The notes beneath the pieces were generated by a model, which searched no databases, had not been told where the DNA came from, and worked only from the letters and a program-made list of their open reading frames with translations. Below, piece by piece: positions 10,659-21,149 of a stretch of DNA of 64,000 bases. Position numbers and translations under genes: made by a program. This DNA is from Syntrophales bacterium (GTDB lineage: Bacteria > Desulfobacterota > Syntrophia > Syntrophales > UBA2210): NCBI GenBank assembly GCA_963662405.2, contig CAXXKT010000001.1, positions 2,400,001 through 2,464,000 on the forward strand, given 5' to 3'. The number at the start of each line of letters is the position of its first letter. Positions within the stretch are counted from its first letter, which is position 1.

Positions 10659-12123
10659 ATGGGGGGTGTGCACTCTTTCTCTCACCGACAGAGGGGGTCT
10701 CTCCATCCGGGTGATCGCCTGCAGTCCCCTGGATGAAGTCGACGGCCTGTTGCCGGTCCCAGCTACTACCGGAAACCGGCGGTGAACGAAACTCCCCGCG
10801 CTGTCTACAAGACAATCGATTGCCGGGGGGAGTATCAGGTCCCCCTCTTCGAATCCCCCGAGGAGGCGGCGCGGGTTTTCCAAACCTCTTACCGGCATTC
10901 GTTGCGGAAGAGACGAACTGAGGGCGAGGAACCGGCACAAATCCTTCACAAAAAGGAGCCGCATAACCATTACCAGGAGCCCGCTATGAAGTTGCTCCGT
11001 CTTTGTTGTCTGATCGTCATGCTGGTCGTGATCATTCCGATACCGGGGAACGCGGGTCAGGCGGTCACCATAGTGCACACAAACGATCTTCACTCCCATC
11101 TCCTTGGCTTTTCGCCCAACGTCGATTATACCCCCCTCACGGCGGGGGACGACCCGACCGTCGGTGGGTGGGCACGGATAGCGGGCGTGATCAAGGAGGT
11201 CAAGCGGAGCCGGACGAACCCGGTCCTGGTCCTTGATGCCGGTGATTTTCTGATGGGCTCGCTCTTCCCTATGCTGAGTCGGGAGGAGGCCTTCGAACTC
11301 AGACTGATGGGTGAGATGGGATACGATCTCGTCACCCTCGGCAATCATGAGTTTGATCTCAAGCCGGCCGGCCTGGCCCGGATCATCTCAACCGCTGAAC
11401 GTGCGGGGCGGATCCCCCCGTTAGTCCTTTCCAATGCGATCTTCAGTCGTGAAAGCGCGGCAGACGACGAACTGGAGAAGATCTTTGCCCGGGGGATTGT
11501 CCGGCCGTACCGGGTGATTGCAAGAGACGGGATCCGTATCGGTCTGTTCGGGCTCATGGGGAAGGCTGCGGCGGAGGTGGCCCCCTTCGCATCACCCGTC
11601 ACCTTTGATGATCCGATCACCGTCGCTCGCCAAATGGTCGAGGTGCTGCGGGGAGAGGAGCGGGCCGATATCGTGATCTGCCTGTCCCACAGTGGTCTTT
11701 CCGAGGACCCCGAACGCTCCGAGGATGAGATCCTGGCGCGCCAGGTCCCCGGGATCGACGTCATCATCAGCGGTCACACCCACACGGAGACCGATCTTCG
11801 AACGGTTAATAGGACCCTCATCGTTCAGGCCTGGTGTTATGGGAGACAGGTCGGGGTGCTGGACCTCACCGGTGACGGCAGCGGGGTGTCATTGGAGAGG
11901 TATCGCCGTATCGATATCGATGATTCCGTCGAGAGCGATCCCCGGATTGCCGGTATGATCGATGCCTTTGAGTCCCGTATAAACAAGGAATTTCTGGTAC
12001 CGAAAGGGCTTGCCTTCCGTCAGGTTATCGCCCATACCGCCTTCCCCAGAGCTGGTCGGGCAAATTTGGACAGGTGCATAAGTGGGAAAGTTGCTCTATA
12101 GTGGACGTAAGGAGGAAAGAGAT

Positions 12124-12426
12124 ATGAGCAAGAGACCGCGGAGGAACCATGCACCGTCCTTCAAGGCGAAGGTGGCATTGGAGGCACTGAAAGGGGACCA
12201 GACGATCGTTGAGCTTGCCGAGCGGTATCAGGTACACCCGAACCAGATCACCACATGGAAGAAGCAGTTGATGGATCACGCATCGGACGTATTTGGCAAG
12301 GGTCATAAGGACAACCAGGGTCCGGATGTAAAAGAACTTCACGCCAAGATCGGACAGTTATCGATGGAGAATGATTTTTTATCACATGCGCTCGGTCGCA
12401 TCAACGGAACGAGCGCAAAGCGATGA
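12124..12426 (+). CDS. IS3 OrfA (HTH)
   Basis: FKAKVALEA, ELAERYQVHPNQITTWK; T-TTT-TTA slippery site at 12375-12381. Confidence 0.9.
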   Translation: MSKRPRRNHAPSFKAKVALEALKGDQTIVELAERYQVHPNQITTWKKQLMDHASDVFGKGHKDNQGPDVKELHAKIGQLSMENDFLSHALGRINGTSAKR

Positions 12427-13253
12427 TCAAGAGAGAAAAGAGTGTGCCCATAACCCGTCAATGCGAACTCTTGGAGCTGTCCCGATCGAGTGTTTATTAC
12501 TCTCCGGTTCCGGTCAGCGCGAAGGATCTGGAGCTGATGCGTCAGATTGATGAGATTCATCTTCAGTATCCCTTCTATGGGAGTCGGAAGATTCGCAATG
12601 AGCTGTGGCAGAGAGGGTATGATATCGGACGTGATAAGGTACGTCGGTTGATGCGTCGCATGGGGATCGAGGCGTTGTACATCAAGCCGAGATTATCGAT
12701 AAAGCATCCCCAGCACCCGATATATCCGTATCTGTTACGGGGACTTGATATCATCCGTCCCAACCACGTATGGTCTGCCGATATCACGTATATTCCCATG
12801 GAACGAGGGTTCTGTTATCTGGTAGCCGTTATGGACTGGGCGAGTCGGATGGTCCTCTCCTGGCGGTTGTCGAATACGTTGGACAGTGCGTTTTGTGTGG
12901 ATGCGCTTGAAGAAGCACTCACCACGTATGGGCGCCCGGCTATCTTCAATACCGATCAGGGCAGTCAGTTTACCTCACAGGCATTCATCGATGTCCTTCG
13001 CTCTCATGATATCTCTATCAGCATGGACGGTCAGGGGCGATGGATGGACAATGTCTTCATCGAACGGCTCTGGAAGAGCGTCAAGTACGAAGATATCTAT
13101 CTGAAGGCATACGGTTCAATGAAAGAGTTGAAGAAGGGGCTTACCGACTATTTTCAGTTCTACAACGAGAAACGGTGGCACAATACTTTTGACAGAAAGA
13201 CACCGGCTATGGTTTATTTTGAATCACTACCACAGGGACAGGCTGCGGCATGA
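12423..13253 (+). CDS. IS3 OrfB DDE transposase
   Basis: WSADITY, FNTDQGSQF, DNVFIERLWKSVKYE. Confidence 0.95.
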   Translation: MIKREKSVPITRQCELLELSRSSVYYSPVPVSAKDLELMRQIDEIHLQYPFYGSRKIRNELWQRGYDIGRDKVRRLMRRMGIEALYIKPRLSIKHPQHPIYPYLLRGLDIIRPNHVWSADITYIPMERGFCYLVAVMDWASRMVLSWRLSNTLDSAFCVDALEEALTTYGRPAIFNTDQGSQFTSQAFIDVLRSHDISISMDGQGRWMDNVFIERLWKSVKYEDIYLKAYGSMKELKKGLTDYFQFYNEKRWHNTFDRKTPAMVYFESLPQGQAAA

Positions 13254-14343
13254 ACACAAACCCAGGGCAACTTCCCACTTATAAATCCCTGTTACCTGTC
13301 CAAAGAAACCGGACCACCTCTCCCCTCGAGGTCAGGGAGGATGAATGCAACCTGGGGAACCTGATTGCCGATTCCATTCCCTGGTATATCAACAGGCATG
13401 ACTCTGATCCGGACAACCCGGCCCCCCCGGTGGCGATTGGGGTGGTCAGCAACGGGGTGATCCGCGATGCGATCAAACCGGGGAAAACGGGCGGAATCGC
13501 CGTCTGCGACGCATTCCGGGCCATCCCCTTGGGGATCGGATTCGATGACCAGGCCTCGATGGGGTATCCCCTGATTTCCTTTTATATCTATCCCTCGGAG
13601 GTAAAAAAGGCCCTGGAGATACTGACCAGCATCTACCCCCTGAAGGGGCCCGATTATTACCTCCAGTCCTCCGGCGTCAGGTTCTCGTATAATCCTCACC
13701 GGATGATCTTTGACCGGATCACGGAGATATGGCTCGGCGATGAAAAAAAGGGCTACACCCGGCTGGATTATTCGCCCTCAAACCGGCGACTCATCCGGGT
13801 CGCCGCCGATATCTACAATGCCACCTTCCTGAAGATAGTAGGGGATTTTACCTGGCATATCCTGGATATCGTCCCGAAAGACCGGAAGGGAATCCCCGTC
13901 GACGACCTGCGGACCGTCCGGGTCGATGCCGATCGGCAGGCCCCGGGTATCCAGGAGCTTAAGGAATATATGGGTTTTCTGGAGTATATTCGGTCGTTCC
14001 CCGATGTAACGGGTGACGGTGTACCGGACATTCCGGAGAGATATCGGGGAAAATCGGGGCGCCAGATTATCGCGGCCAGTTGGAACCCCGTCAGCCTCCT
14101 GAAAAGGGGAACATATGTCACCTGGATCGCCGTTGGCCTTTCCCTGATCGTTATTTTGGTCATTGCCCTGCTCGCCGTCCGTATCCGACATATGGTCAGA
14201 CGATCGTAACTCAACCCCTTTTAGCGATGATATAATATGCCTTGACAGTGAGGAGGGTGTCGTTGTAGGTTTGGAAAAGCGGTGTGCGATTGCACCGGAG
14301 AGCCATTTGGAATCCGAATTGGCTACATGGCGGAGAGTATACG

Positions 14344-14381
14344 AGGGACCACCATGCTCTGCGGGGTGTGGTGGCCTTTTT
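14344..14381 (+). terminator. Intrinsic terminator-like hairpin upstream of the slyD-like gene
   Basis: ccaccatgctc / ggggtgtggtgg stem (with GU pairs) followed by ccttttt. Confidence 0.5.
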
Positions 14382-14432
14382 GTATAAAATTAAGAAGCAT
14401 TCTGTAAGATACCGAGGAAGAAAGGATAGGAT

Positions 14433-14918
14433 ATGTCGAACACAATAACATTGGGGGACACGATAAGCGTCCATTACACCGGAAGGCTCGAGAACGAAGA
14501 GGTCTTCGATTCCTCCGAGGGACGTGCGCCCCTTGTCTTTACCGTAGGGGCGGGACAGCTCATTAAAGGTTTCGATGATGCGGTTATCGGTATGGCCTCC
14601 GGGGAGAAGAAGACGGTCACGATTTTACCTGAAGAGGCTTACGGCGAAAGGCGGGAGGACCATATTGTCGATTTCCCGAAGGCGAACATTCCGCCGGACT
14701 TGGAGCCCGAGATCGGCATGGTCGTCCAGATGTCGGATCAATCGGGGCGTCCCATTCCGGTGATCGTGACGGAGATACTCGATGATGTGGTTAAATTGGA
14801 TGTCAATCACCCCCTTGCCGGAAAGACCCTCATGTTCGATATCGAGATCGTCGAAACAGGACTCCAACCTCACTGCCAGACCTGTTCAGGGGATTGCGGC
14901 GGGTGCTGCGAAGGCTGA
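14433..14918 (+). CDS. slyD: FKBP-type peptidyl-prolyl isomerase (SlyD-like, Cys-rich tail)
   Basis: VHYTGRL, GAGQLIKGF, PEEAYG, DVNHPLAGKTL; tail HCQTCSGDCGGCC. Confidence 0.85.
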   Translation: MSNTITLGDTISVHYTGRLENEEVFDSSEGRAPLVFTVGAGQLIKGFDDAVIGMASGEKKTVTILPEEAYGERREDHIVDFPKANIPPDLEPEIGMVVQMSDQSGRPIPVIVTEILDDVVKLDVNHPLAGKTLMFDIEIVETGLQPHCQTCSGDCGGCCEG

Positions 14919-15014
14919 GGCGCCAGCGAAGGGTTGGATTTTTCTTTGAGCCCCCTGGATGTTGTTCCGCCTGTCTGGTATGAATAACGGGGTGTATCGG
15001 TTGTGTGGTGAGTT

Positions 15015-16196
15015 GTGCGGACGAAGGTACTGTTGATTTTTCTTGTGGTATTGTGTGTCGCGGGGTGTGCGATCAGAGCGCCGGAGCAAGAGCAGGGGCC
15101 CCTTGTCCCCGTGTCCCCCGGAGCGATCCCCCCCTTGGTTGATGATCTCGACCGGACATCCCTGGAGTTGGCGATCGACCGAAGTAAGGAGTACTACGAC
15201 CGACTTCCCGTTGAACGGACCGTGCGTTTCGGAGACCGCCTGTGCACCGTCGGGGAACTGAAAGAGTCCCTCCACGCGTTCCTCGATATTCTCAGGACGT
15301 CTGATTCGGACAGGGAGAGGATAGAGAGGATCGGCAAGGCCTTTGATGTCTACAAGAGTCCCGGAAGGGGCGAAGCAGGGGTCCTCTTCACCGGATACTA
15401 TGAACCGATCCTTGACGGTTCCCTTCAGCGGACGGATACATATCGCTATCCCATCTACCGAACACCTGACGATCACATTGCGATCGACCTCGGGACCTTT
15501 AAAGAGAAATACCGGGGAGAGCGGATCATCGCCCGGGTCGAAGAAGGGAACATCGTCCCCTACTATACCCGGGAGGATATCGATGTCAGGGGGTGTCTTG
15601 CCGGTAAGGGCCTCGAGCTTCTCTGGCTCTCCGATCCCATTGACATCTTTTTCCTCCAGATCCAGGGATCCGGGGTCGTAAAGCTCCCCGACGGTAAACT
15701 CGTCCAGGTCAGCTACGAGCAGAGTAACGGTCACCCCTACAGCAGTGTGGGGAGGATCCTGGTAGAAGAGGGAAAGATGACCTTAGGAGAGGTGTCTATG
15801 AAAGGGATCAAGAGATACCTCAGGGATCATCCTGATGAGATCTTTGAGATCCTGAGTCGAAATGAGAGTTATGTATTCTTCCGTATCGTTGACGAGGGTC
15901 CGGTGGGGAGCCTGAATGTGACGGTCACCCCGGGGAGGTCCATTGCCACGGATGCGAGCCTGTTTCCCAAGGGAGCGATTGCCTTCGTCCGCCTCCGAAA
16001 GCCTGTTATCGATGAAGAGGGTACCATTGTGTCGTGGGAGCCCTTTTCACGATTTGTCCTCAATCAGGATACCGGGGGGGCGATCAAAGGCCCCGGAAGG
16101 GTTGATCTGTTCTGCGGAAGAGGGAGAGACGCGGAGATCATGGCGGGGCATCTGCGGCAGGAAGGTGAGCTGTACTTTCTCGTGAAGAAGAGATAG
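15015..16196 (+). CDS. mltA: Membrane-bound lytic murein transglycosylase A (lipoprotein)
   Basis: Lipobox VAGC, FTGYYEP, FFLQIQGSG, QDTGGAIKG..RVDLF. Confidence 0.92.
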   Translation: MRTKVLLIFLVVLCVAGCAIRAPEQEQGPLVPVSPGAIPPLVDDLDRTSLELAIDRSKEYYDRLPVERTVRFGDRLCTVGELKESLHAFLDILRTSDSDRERIERIGKAFDVYKSPGRGEAGVLFTGYYEPILDGSLQRTDTYRYPIYRTPDDHIAIDLGTFKEKYRGERIIARVEEGNIVPYYTREDIDVRGCLAGKGLELLWLSDPIDIFFLQIQGSGVVKLPDGKLVQVSYEQSNGHPYSSVGRILVEEGKMTLGEVSMKGIKRYLRDHPDEIFEILSRNESYVFFRIVDEGPVGSLNVTVTPGRSIATDASLFPKGAIAFVRLRKPVIDEEGTIVSWEPFSRFVLNQDTGGAIKGPGRVDLFCGRGRDAEIMAGHLRQEGELYFLVKKR

Positions 16197-16732
16197 ATTG
16201 TTTGTTCCGTTTCCATCGCCTGGCCGTTTGTGAACGTTAAGGCATGATCGGGGGTTGTCCCGAGATCGATCTCGGTTTTGATTTTGCGCGGCAGTGGTGG
16301 CCATACGAGGATAGATATAAGGGCTTGGAATCTAAAGTTTCTCCATGCCGGGGTTGTGCCGAGGATGAAAGCGATCAGGTGAGGCGAGGTCGGGAAATCG
16401 TGAACCATCTGACGGCCGAATGCCTCATATCCGTCACTTCCAAGAGGCGGTTGATGGTGTCAAACGACTGCGACAAACCTCATTGCGGAAACTGTACCGG
16501 AGTCCCTTTGTCTTGTGGTTATTGGGTTTGCGGTAAATTTTGCTTGATTGTTCATTTCCTTTGTGTTAGGTGCATTTTTACAGTTTCTGCTGGTGTCGGA
16601 GTAGTGGTTTGGGATCTTTCACGGGAAGATCGTCTGATGTGGTGATGTGAGCGAGAGATGAGATAGTGCCGTCCCGGTATGTCTCAGGTGCTGGATTTAT
16701 AACCGTACATAACTATCCAAGAGGAGGGAAAA

Positions 16733-17002
16733 ATGACGAAAGCCGAATTAATAGCAGCAATTGCCGGAGATGCGGGGATTACGAAGGCTCAGGCCACAAA
16801 GGCCCTGGACTCGTATATCGACCATGTAACCAAAGAACTCAAAAAGAATGGTAAGCTGGGCTTAGTCGGTTTCGGGACATTTTCGGTTGTGAAGAGAAAA
16901 GCGCGGACGGGCCGTAACCCCCAGACGGGAGCGGAGATTCAGATTAAGGCGAAGAATGTTATCAAATTTAAACCCGGCAAGACGCTTGCTGATAAGGTTT
17001 GA
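16733..17002 (+). CDS. hup: DNA-binding protein HU
   Basis: MTKAELI, GFGTF, ARTGRNPQTG, FKPGK. Confidence 0.95.
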   Translation: MTKAELIAAIAGDAGITKAQATKALDSYIDHVTKELKKNGKLGLVGFGTFSVVKRKARTGRNPQTGAEIQIKAKNVIKFKPGKTLADKV

Positions 17003-17015
17003 TCGTTGCGGTTTT

Positions 17016-17051
17016 ATGGCCCCTGGTTTGAGTATCAGGGGCCATTTTTTT
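17016..17051 (+). terminator. Rho-independent terminator after hup
   Basis: atggcccctg / caggggccat followed by T run. Confidence 0.85.
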
Positions 17052-17112
17052 GTCCTCCCGTTTCGTTTTCGCCGATTGACACACCTCCTTTCAACGGATA
17101 TTGCAGGTGCCT

Positions 17113-17904
17113 ATGAATATCGGTGAAGAATTGTCGCAGCTTCCCATTTTCCCAGTATTGAAGGAGGTCGGTACATGTGCTGACCGGATGGGGTGCGGTG
17201 CGTATGTCGTGGGTGGATTGGTACGAGACCTGTTTTTGCGGCGTGAGACCGGTGATGCCGATGTGGCGATAGAGGGGGACGGCGTTGCGTTCTCGTCACG
17301 GTTCGCAGCCGATCACGGTGCATCCCTTACCCTCTACCGGAAATTCAGAACGGCACGCCTTCTTCTCCCGTCCGGGATCAAGATTGATGTCGCCACGGCA
17401 CGAATTGAGTCCTATGAACGGCCCGCAGCCCTCCCTATCGTGAAGCCCGGTGCGATAGAAGATGATCTGTATCGCCGAGACTTTTCCATCAATGCACTCG
17501 CGGCCTGTTTGAATGCCGGTTGTTGGGGGGATCTCCTCGATCCCTTTGGGTCAAGGCGGGATGTGGCGGCCGGGTTGATTCGAGTCCTGCATGGCAGGAG
17601 TTTCATCGATGATCCGACGAGGATATTCCGGGCCCTGCGATTCGAGCAGCGCCTTGGCTTCAGTCTGGAAAAGGAAACTCGGCGATATCTGCAACAGGCC
17701 GTGTCGGCGCATCTCGTGGAGAGGCTATCCGGTTACCGGATAGCCTCGGAGCTGAAGCTTGTCATGAGAGAGGAGGAACCGCTTCCCATTATACAACGGC
17801 TCGAAGAGAGCGGAGTCCTCTCATCCGTTCGTAAAAGGGGAAGGAAGAGCGGGGATGTACGGAACCTGCTCAGCAGGATAGATGAAGTAAAATTGAATAT
17901 TTGA
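17113..17904 (+). CDS. Class II tRNA nucleotidyltransferase core (short)
   Basis: VVGGLVRD..L....D.D, DVATAR, DDLYRRDFSINA, SFIDDPTRIFRALRF. Confidence 0.8.
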   Translation: MNIGEELSQLPIFPVLKEVGTCADRMGCGAYVVGGLVRDLFLRRETGDADVAIEGDGVAFSSRFAADHGASLTLYRKFRTARLLLPSGIKIDVATARIESYERPAALPIVKPGAIEDDLYRRDFSINALAACLNAGCWGDLLDPFGSRRDVAAGLIRVLHGRSFIDDPTRIFRALRFEQRLGFSLEKETRRYLQQAVSAHLVERLSGYRIASELKLVMREEEPLPIIQRLEESGVLSSVRKRGRKSGDVRNLLSRIDEVKLNI

Positions 17905-18038
17905 CAGGGAACCCCCTTTTTTGTTATAGGGTCGCTTCGATAGCCCTTGCGTCGGGTTGCAAAGCGGCGAGGGGGAGGGGTGCCTGTGTGCTTCCCTCCC
18001 GTGAATAGTCTGTCATGATATATGTCTGAGGAGATGTT

Positions 18039-19028
18039 GTGGAAAAGAAACGAATCTTGAGCGGTATGCGCCCCACCGGAAGGTTGCATCTGGGTAATCT
18101 CCACGGGGCTCTTCAAAACTGGATCAATCTTCAAAATGCGGGTGTCTACGACTGCTTTTACTTTGTCGCCGACTGGCACGCCCTGACGAGTGATTACAAG
18201 GATACGAGTCTCGTCAAGGATTACTCCCTCGATATGGTCGTTGACTGGCTGAGCGCGGGTCTGGATCCGGAGAAAAGCACCCTTTTCGTCCAGTCGGAAG
18301 TCAAGGAACACGCCGAACTGTTTCTGCTTCTTTCCATGATAACCCCCCTTTCCTGGCTGGAGAGAAATCCGACCTACAAGGAGATGCAGGACGAACTGTC
18401 CAACAAAGATCTCTCGACCTTTGGCTTTCTCGGGTACCCGGTTCTCCAGGCGGCGGACATTATCATGTACAAGGCCTACGGGGTTCCCGTGGGCGTGGAC
18501 CAGCTTCCCCATGTAGAGCTCACGCGCGAAATCGCCCGGAGATTTAACTTCCTCTATAAGGAGGTTTTCCCCGTTCCCGAGCCCCTGCTGGCTGAGGTTC
18601 CCAAACTGATGGGACTTGATGGACGCAAGATGAGCAAATCATACGAGAATACCATCTACCTCCGGGACCGGGGGGATGTGCTCAGGGAGAAGGTCAGTTC
18701 GATGTTTACCGATCCCCAGCGGATGAGAAAAAAGGACCCGGGGCGTCCTGATGTGTGTAACGCTTTCCCGTTCCATACGATCTATTCTTCGTCTTCAGAA
18801 GCGAACGAGATCGCGGACGCCTGCAGGAAGGCAGAGATCGGCTGTGTCGAATGTAAGAAGCGCCTTGCACAGCGTATAGGAGAGGGAATGTCACCCATAC
18901 ACGAACGGCAACAGTATTACCTGAATCACCTGGAGGATGTGCGGGAGATCATAACCGAAGGTGTGCGAAGGGCAGCGGGAATAGCACGCCAGACGATGGA
19001 ACAGGTACGGGAAGCCATAAAAATATGA
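18039..19028 (+). CDS. trpS: Tryptophanyl-tRNA synthetase
   Basis: SGMRPTGRLHLGN, YPVLQAADI, KMSKS. Confidence 0.97.
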   Translation: MEKKRILSGMRPTGRLHLGNLHGALQNWINLQNAGVYDCFYFVADWHALTSDYKDTSLVKDYSLDMVVDWLSAGLDPEKSTLFVQSEVKEHAELFLLLSMITPLSWLERNPTYKEMQDELSNKDLSTFGFLGYPVLQAADIIMYKAYGVPVGVDQLPHVELTREIARRFNFLYKEVFPVPEPLLAEVPKLMGLDGRKMSKSYENTIYLRDRGDVLREKVSSMFTDPQRMRKKDPGRPDVCNAFPFHTIYSSSSEANEIADACRKAEIGCVECKKRLAQRIGEGMSPIHERQQYYLNHLEDVREIITEGVRRAAGIARQTMEQVREAIKI

Positions 19029-19765
19029 CGGACAGTGCCGCCTATCGGATCAAGTTGGACATATTTGAAGGTCCTCTGGACCTGCTGCTCTACCTCATCA
19101 GAAAAAACGAAGTTGATATATACGATATCCCCATTGCGCTTATAACCCGCCAGTATATGGAATATATCGATGTGATGAAGTCTCTCAATCTCGACCTCGC
19201 CGGCGAATACCTGCTTCTTGCCGCGACCCTGACCCATATCAAGTCGAGGATGCTCCTCCCTCCCAGTGCGGAGGAAGAGGAGGGTGAAGAGGAAGACCCC
19301 CGGGAAGAACTGGTGCGCCAACTCCTGGAATACAAAACCTTTAAGGAGGCGGCACTGGGACTGGGCCGGATGAAGATCCTGGGGCGTGATGTTTTCACGA
19401 GAGATCGGGTTGCTGAGGATATTGAGGAAGACGGGGAACCGTCCATTCGAGAGATCGGGATTTTTGAGCTTGTCGAGGCCTTCCGGAGGGCTACAGCCGC
19501 CGTCATCCAGCATGACATGATGGAAATAGATGTCGAAAAGATATCACTCGCAGAACGGATCAATGATATAGTGGATGAACTGCAACGGCGGGGGGGGGCG
19601 CTCACCTTCACTGATCTGCTGGGGGAGAGGGACAGCCGCAGGAGGCTTCTCTATACCTTCTTGGCGATCCTGGAGCTGATGAAGCTGAGAGTTATCAAGG
19701 CGTATCAAGCGGTCCCCTATGGCACTATTCGGATACAGCTTGTGGGGGGAGTGACGGATGGATAA
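19025..19765 (+). CDS. scpA: Segregation and condensation protein A
   Basis: FEGPLDLLLYLI, DPREELVRQLLEY, FLAILELMK. Confidence 0.95.
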   Translation: MTDSAAYRIKLDIFEGPLDLLLYLIRKNEVDIYDIPIALITRQYMEYIDVMKSLNLDLAGEYLLLAATLTHIKSRMLLPPSAEEEEGEEEDPREELVRQLLEYKTFKEAALGLGRMKILGRDVFTRDRVAEDIEEDGEPSIREIGIFELVEAFRRATAAVIQHDMMEIDVEKISLAERINDIVDELQRRGGALTFTDLLGERDSRRRLLYTFLAILELMKLRVIKAYQAVPYGTIRIQLVGGVTDG

Positions 19766-20279
19766 CCTGAAGGCCATCATTGAGGCCATTGCCTTCGTCT
19801 CCGATACACCGGTGACCCTGGGACTCATCGAGAAAGTCCTTGATGAAATCCCCCGGCGGGACATTGTTTCGGCACTGAACGAATTGATCTGGGAGTACGA
19901 AAAACGAGGTGGAGGGATTGTCCTCCAGGAGGTTGCCGGCGGGTACCAGTTCCGGACCGGTGAGTCTCTGGCTCCGTGGGTCTTGAAGCTCAAGGGACAG
20001 AGGCCGACGGAACTGAGTCCGGCCGCCATGGAGACCCTGGCGGTTGTCGCCTATCGGCAACCGGTCATGAAGGCGGAGATCGAAGAGGTGCGGGGCGTGG
20101 ATGTCAGCGGTATCCTGCGAGGTCTTTTAGAGAAGAACTTGGTGCGGATCATGGGAAGAAAGAACGTCCCGGGGCGGCCCATTATCTATGGTACCACCGG
20201 AACGTTCCTTGAGACGTTTGGCTTGAAGACCCTTTCGGATCTTCCCACGCTGAGGGATTTCAAGGAATTGGAAGGGTAG
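19758..20279 (+). CDS. scpB: Segregation and condensation protein B
   Basis: LSPAAMETLAVVAYRQP, GRPIIYGTT..FL..FGL. Confidence 0.95.
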   Translation: MDNLKAIIEAIAFVSDTPVTLGLIEKVLDEIPRRDIVSALNELIWEYEKRGGGIVLQEVAGGYQFRTGESLAPWVLKLKGQRPTELSPAAMETLAVVAYRQPVMKAEIEEVRGVDVSGILRGLLEKNLVRIMGRKNVPGRPIIYGTTGTFLETFGLKTLSDLPTLRDFKELEG

Positions 20280-20285
20280 GCCCGT

Positions 20286-21017
20286 ATGGATGAACGTCTT
20301 CAGAAAATACTGGCTCGATGCGGCGTATCATCTCGGCGCGGCGCGGAACAGATGATGCGTGAAGGCCGGGTCAGTGTGAACGGGGTAACCGTGCTCCAGC
20401 CGGGGGCAAAGGCGGATACCGCGCGCGATAGTATACGGGTTGACGGGAAGATCATATCAGAAGCGGCGGTTGGCCCTGTGTATCTGATGGTGCATAAGCC
20501 GCGAGGCTATGTTGTGACCCTGCACGACCCTCAGGGCAGGCCGATCATTACCGACCTGCTCCGGGGTGTGCGGGAGCGGGTCTTTCCCGTGGGACGGCTC
20601 GACTACGATTCTGAAGGATTGCTTCTGATGACCAACGACGGAGATTTTTCACATCGGCTCCAGCATCCCGCATTCAAGATTCCCAAAACCTATATGGTGA
20701 AGATCCAGGGAAACTTGATGCGAAGCGACCTTGAGGCCATTCGAAAAGGGGTCATGCTGGAGGATGGCTTTTTCAAGCCGGTCTGGGCCTCTGCGGAGAA
20801 GCACAACAGGAAGAGCTGCTGGGTGGAAATGACCATAGTGGAGGGGCGTAATAGGATCATACGGAGACTGTTCGATTCGCTTCACCATCCCGTTGTCAGG
20901 TTGATTCGAACCGCCATTGCCGATATTGCTCTGAGTGATCTGCAGAGCGGAGAATATCGGTATTTGCAGAAGAGAGAGGTGCAAAGATTGATCGAACACG
21001 CACAGGTTGCGCAATAA
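20286..21017 (+). CDS. rluB: rRNA pseudouridine synthase (RluB family)
   Basis: S4 domain ERLQKILA; GRLDYDSEGLLL; EGRNRIIRR. Confidence 0.85.
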   Translation: MDERLQKILARCGVSSRRGAEQMMREGRVSVNGVTVLQPGAKADTARDSIRVDGKIISEAAVGPVYLMVHKPRGYVVTLHDPQGRPIITDLLRGVRERVFPVGRLDYDSEGLLLMTNDGDFSHRLQHPAFKIPKTYMVKIQGNLMRSDLEAIRKGVMLEDGFFKPVWASAEKHNRKSCWVEMTIVEGRNRIIRRLFDSLHHPVVRLIRTAIADIALSDLQSGEYRYLQKREVQRLIEHAQVAQ

Positions 21018-21090
21018 ACGAACTCACCTGAAAAATAGTGAAAATTATCTTGACTTTAATGCCAAAATAAATAATATCAATGAACAAATA

Positions 21091-21103
21091 GTTCGTAACG
21101 AAC
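21091..21103. promoter_or_regulatory. Palindrome GTTCGTAACGAAC upstream of ihfB
   Basis: Identical to 53144-53156; lies just downstream of a TTGACT/TAATAT promoter-like pair. Confidence 0.5.
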
Positions 21104-21149
21104 GTTGAGAAGTTTTTTAGTCTACTTTGAAAAGGTAAGAGGGGGTCTT

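Larger units (their letters stand above)
12048..13321 (+). mobile_element. IS3-family insertion sequence (1274 bp), 3-bp CCC target duplication
   Basis: Imperfect terminal inverted repeats AGAG(C/G)TGGTC...TTTGGACAGGT...ATAAGTGGGAA; CCC at 12045-12047 and 13322-13324. Confidence 0.92.
10986..14209 (+). pseudogene. Membrane-anchored 5'-nucleotidase/UDP-sugar hydrolase interrupted by IS3-family element
   Basis: HTNDLHS, DAGDF, GNHEFD, LSHSG, SGHTH before the IS; NLGNLIADS...NGVIR after it; removing the IS and one CCC restores ...AFP-LEVRE... Confidence 0.9.

Noticed and set aside
16244..16645. 133-aa ORF between mltA and hup
   Set aside because: No clear RBS, atypical composition and no recognisable domain
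17905..18038. T-box or attenuator upstream of trpS
   Set aside because: Hairpins are present, but there is no T-box consensus or Trp-codon leader peptide
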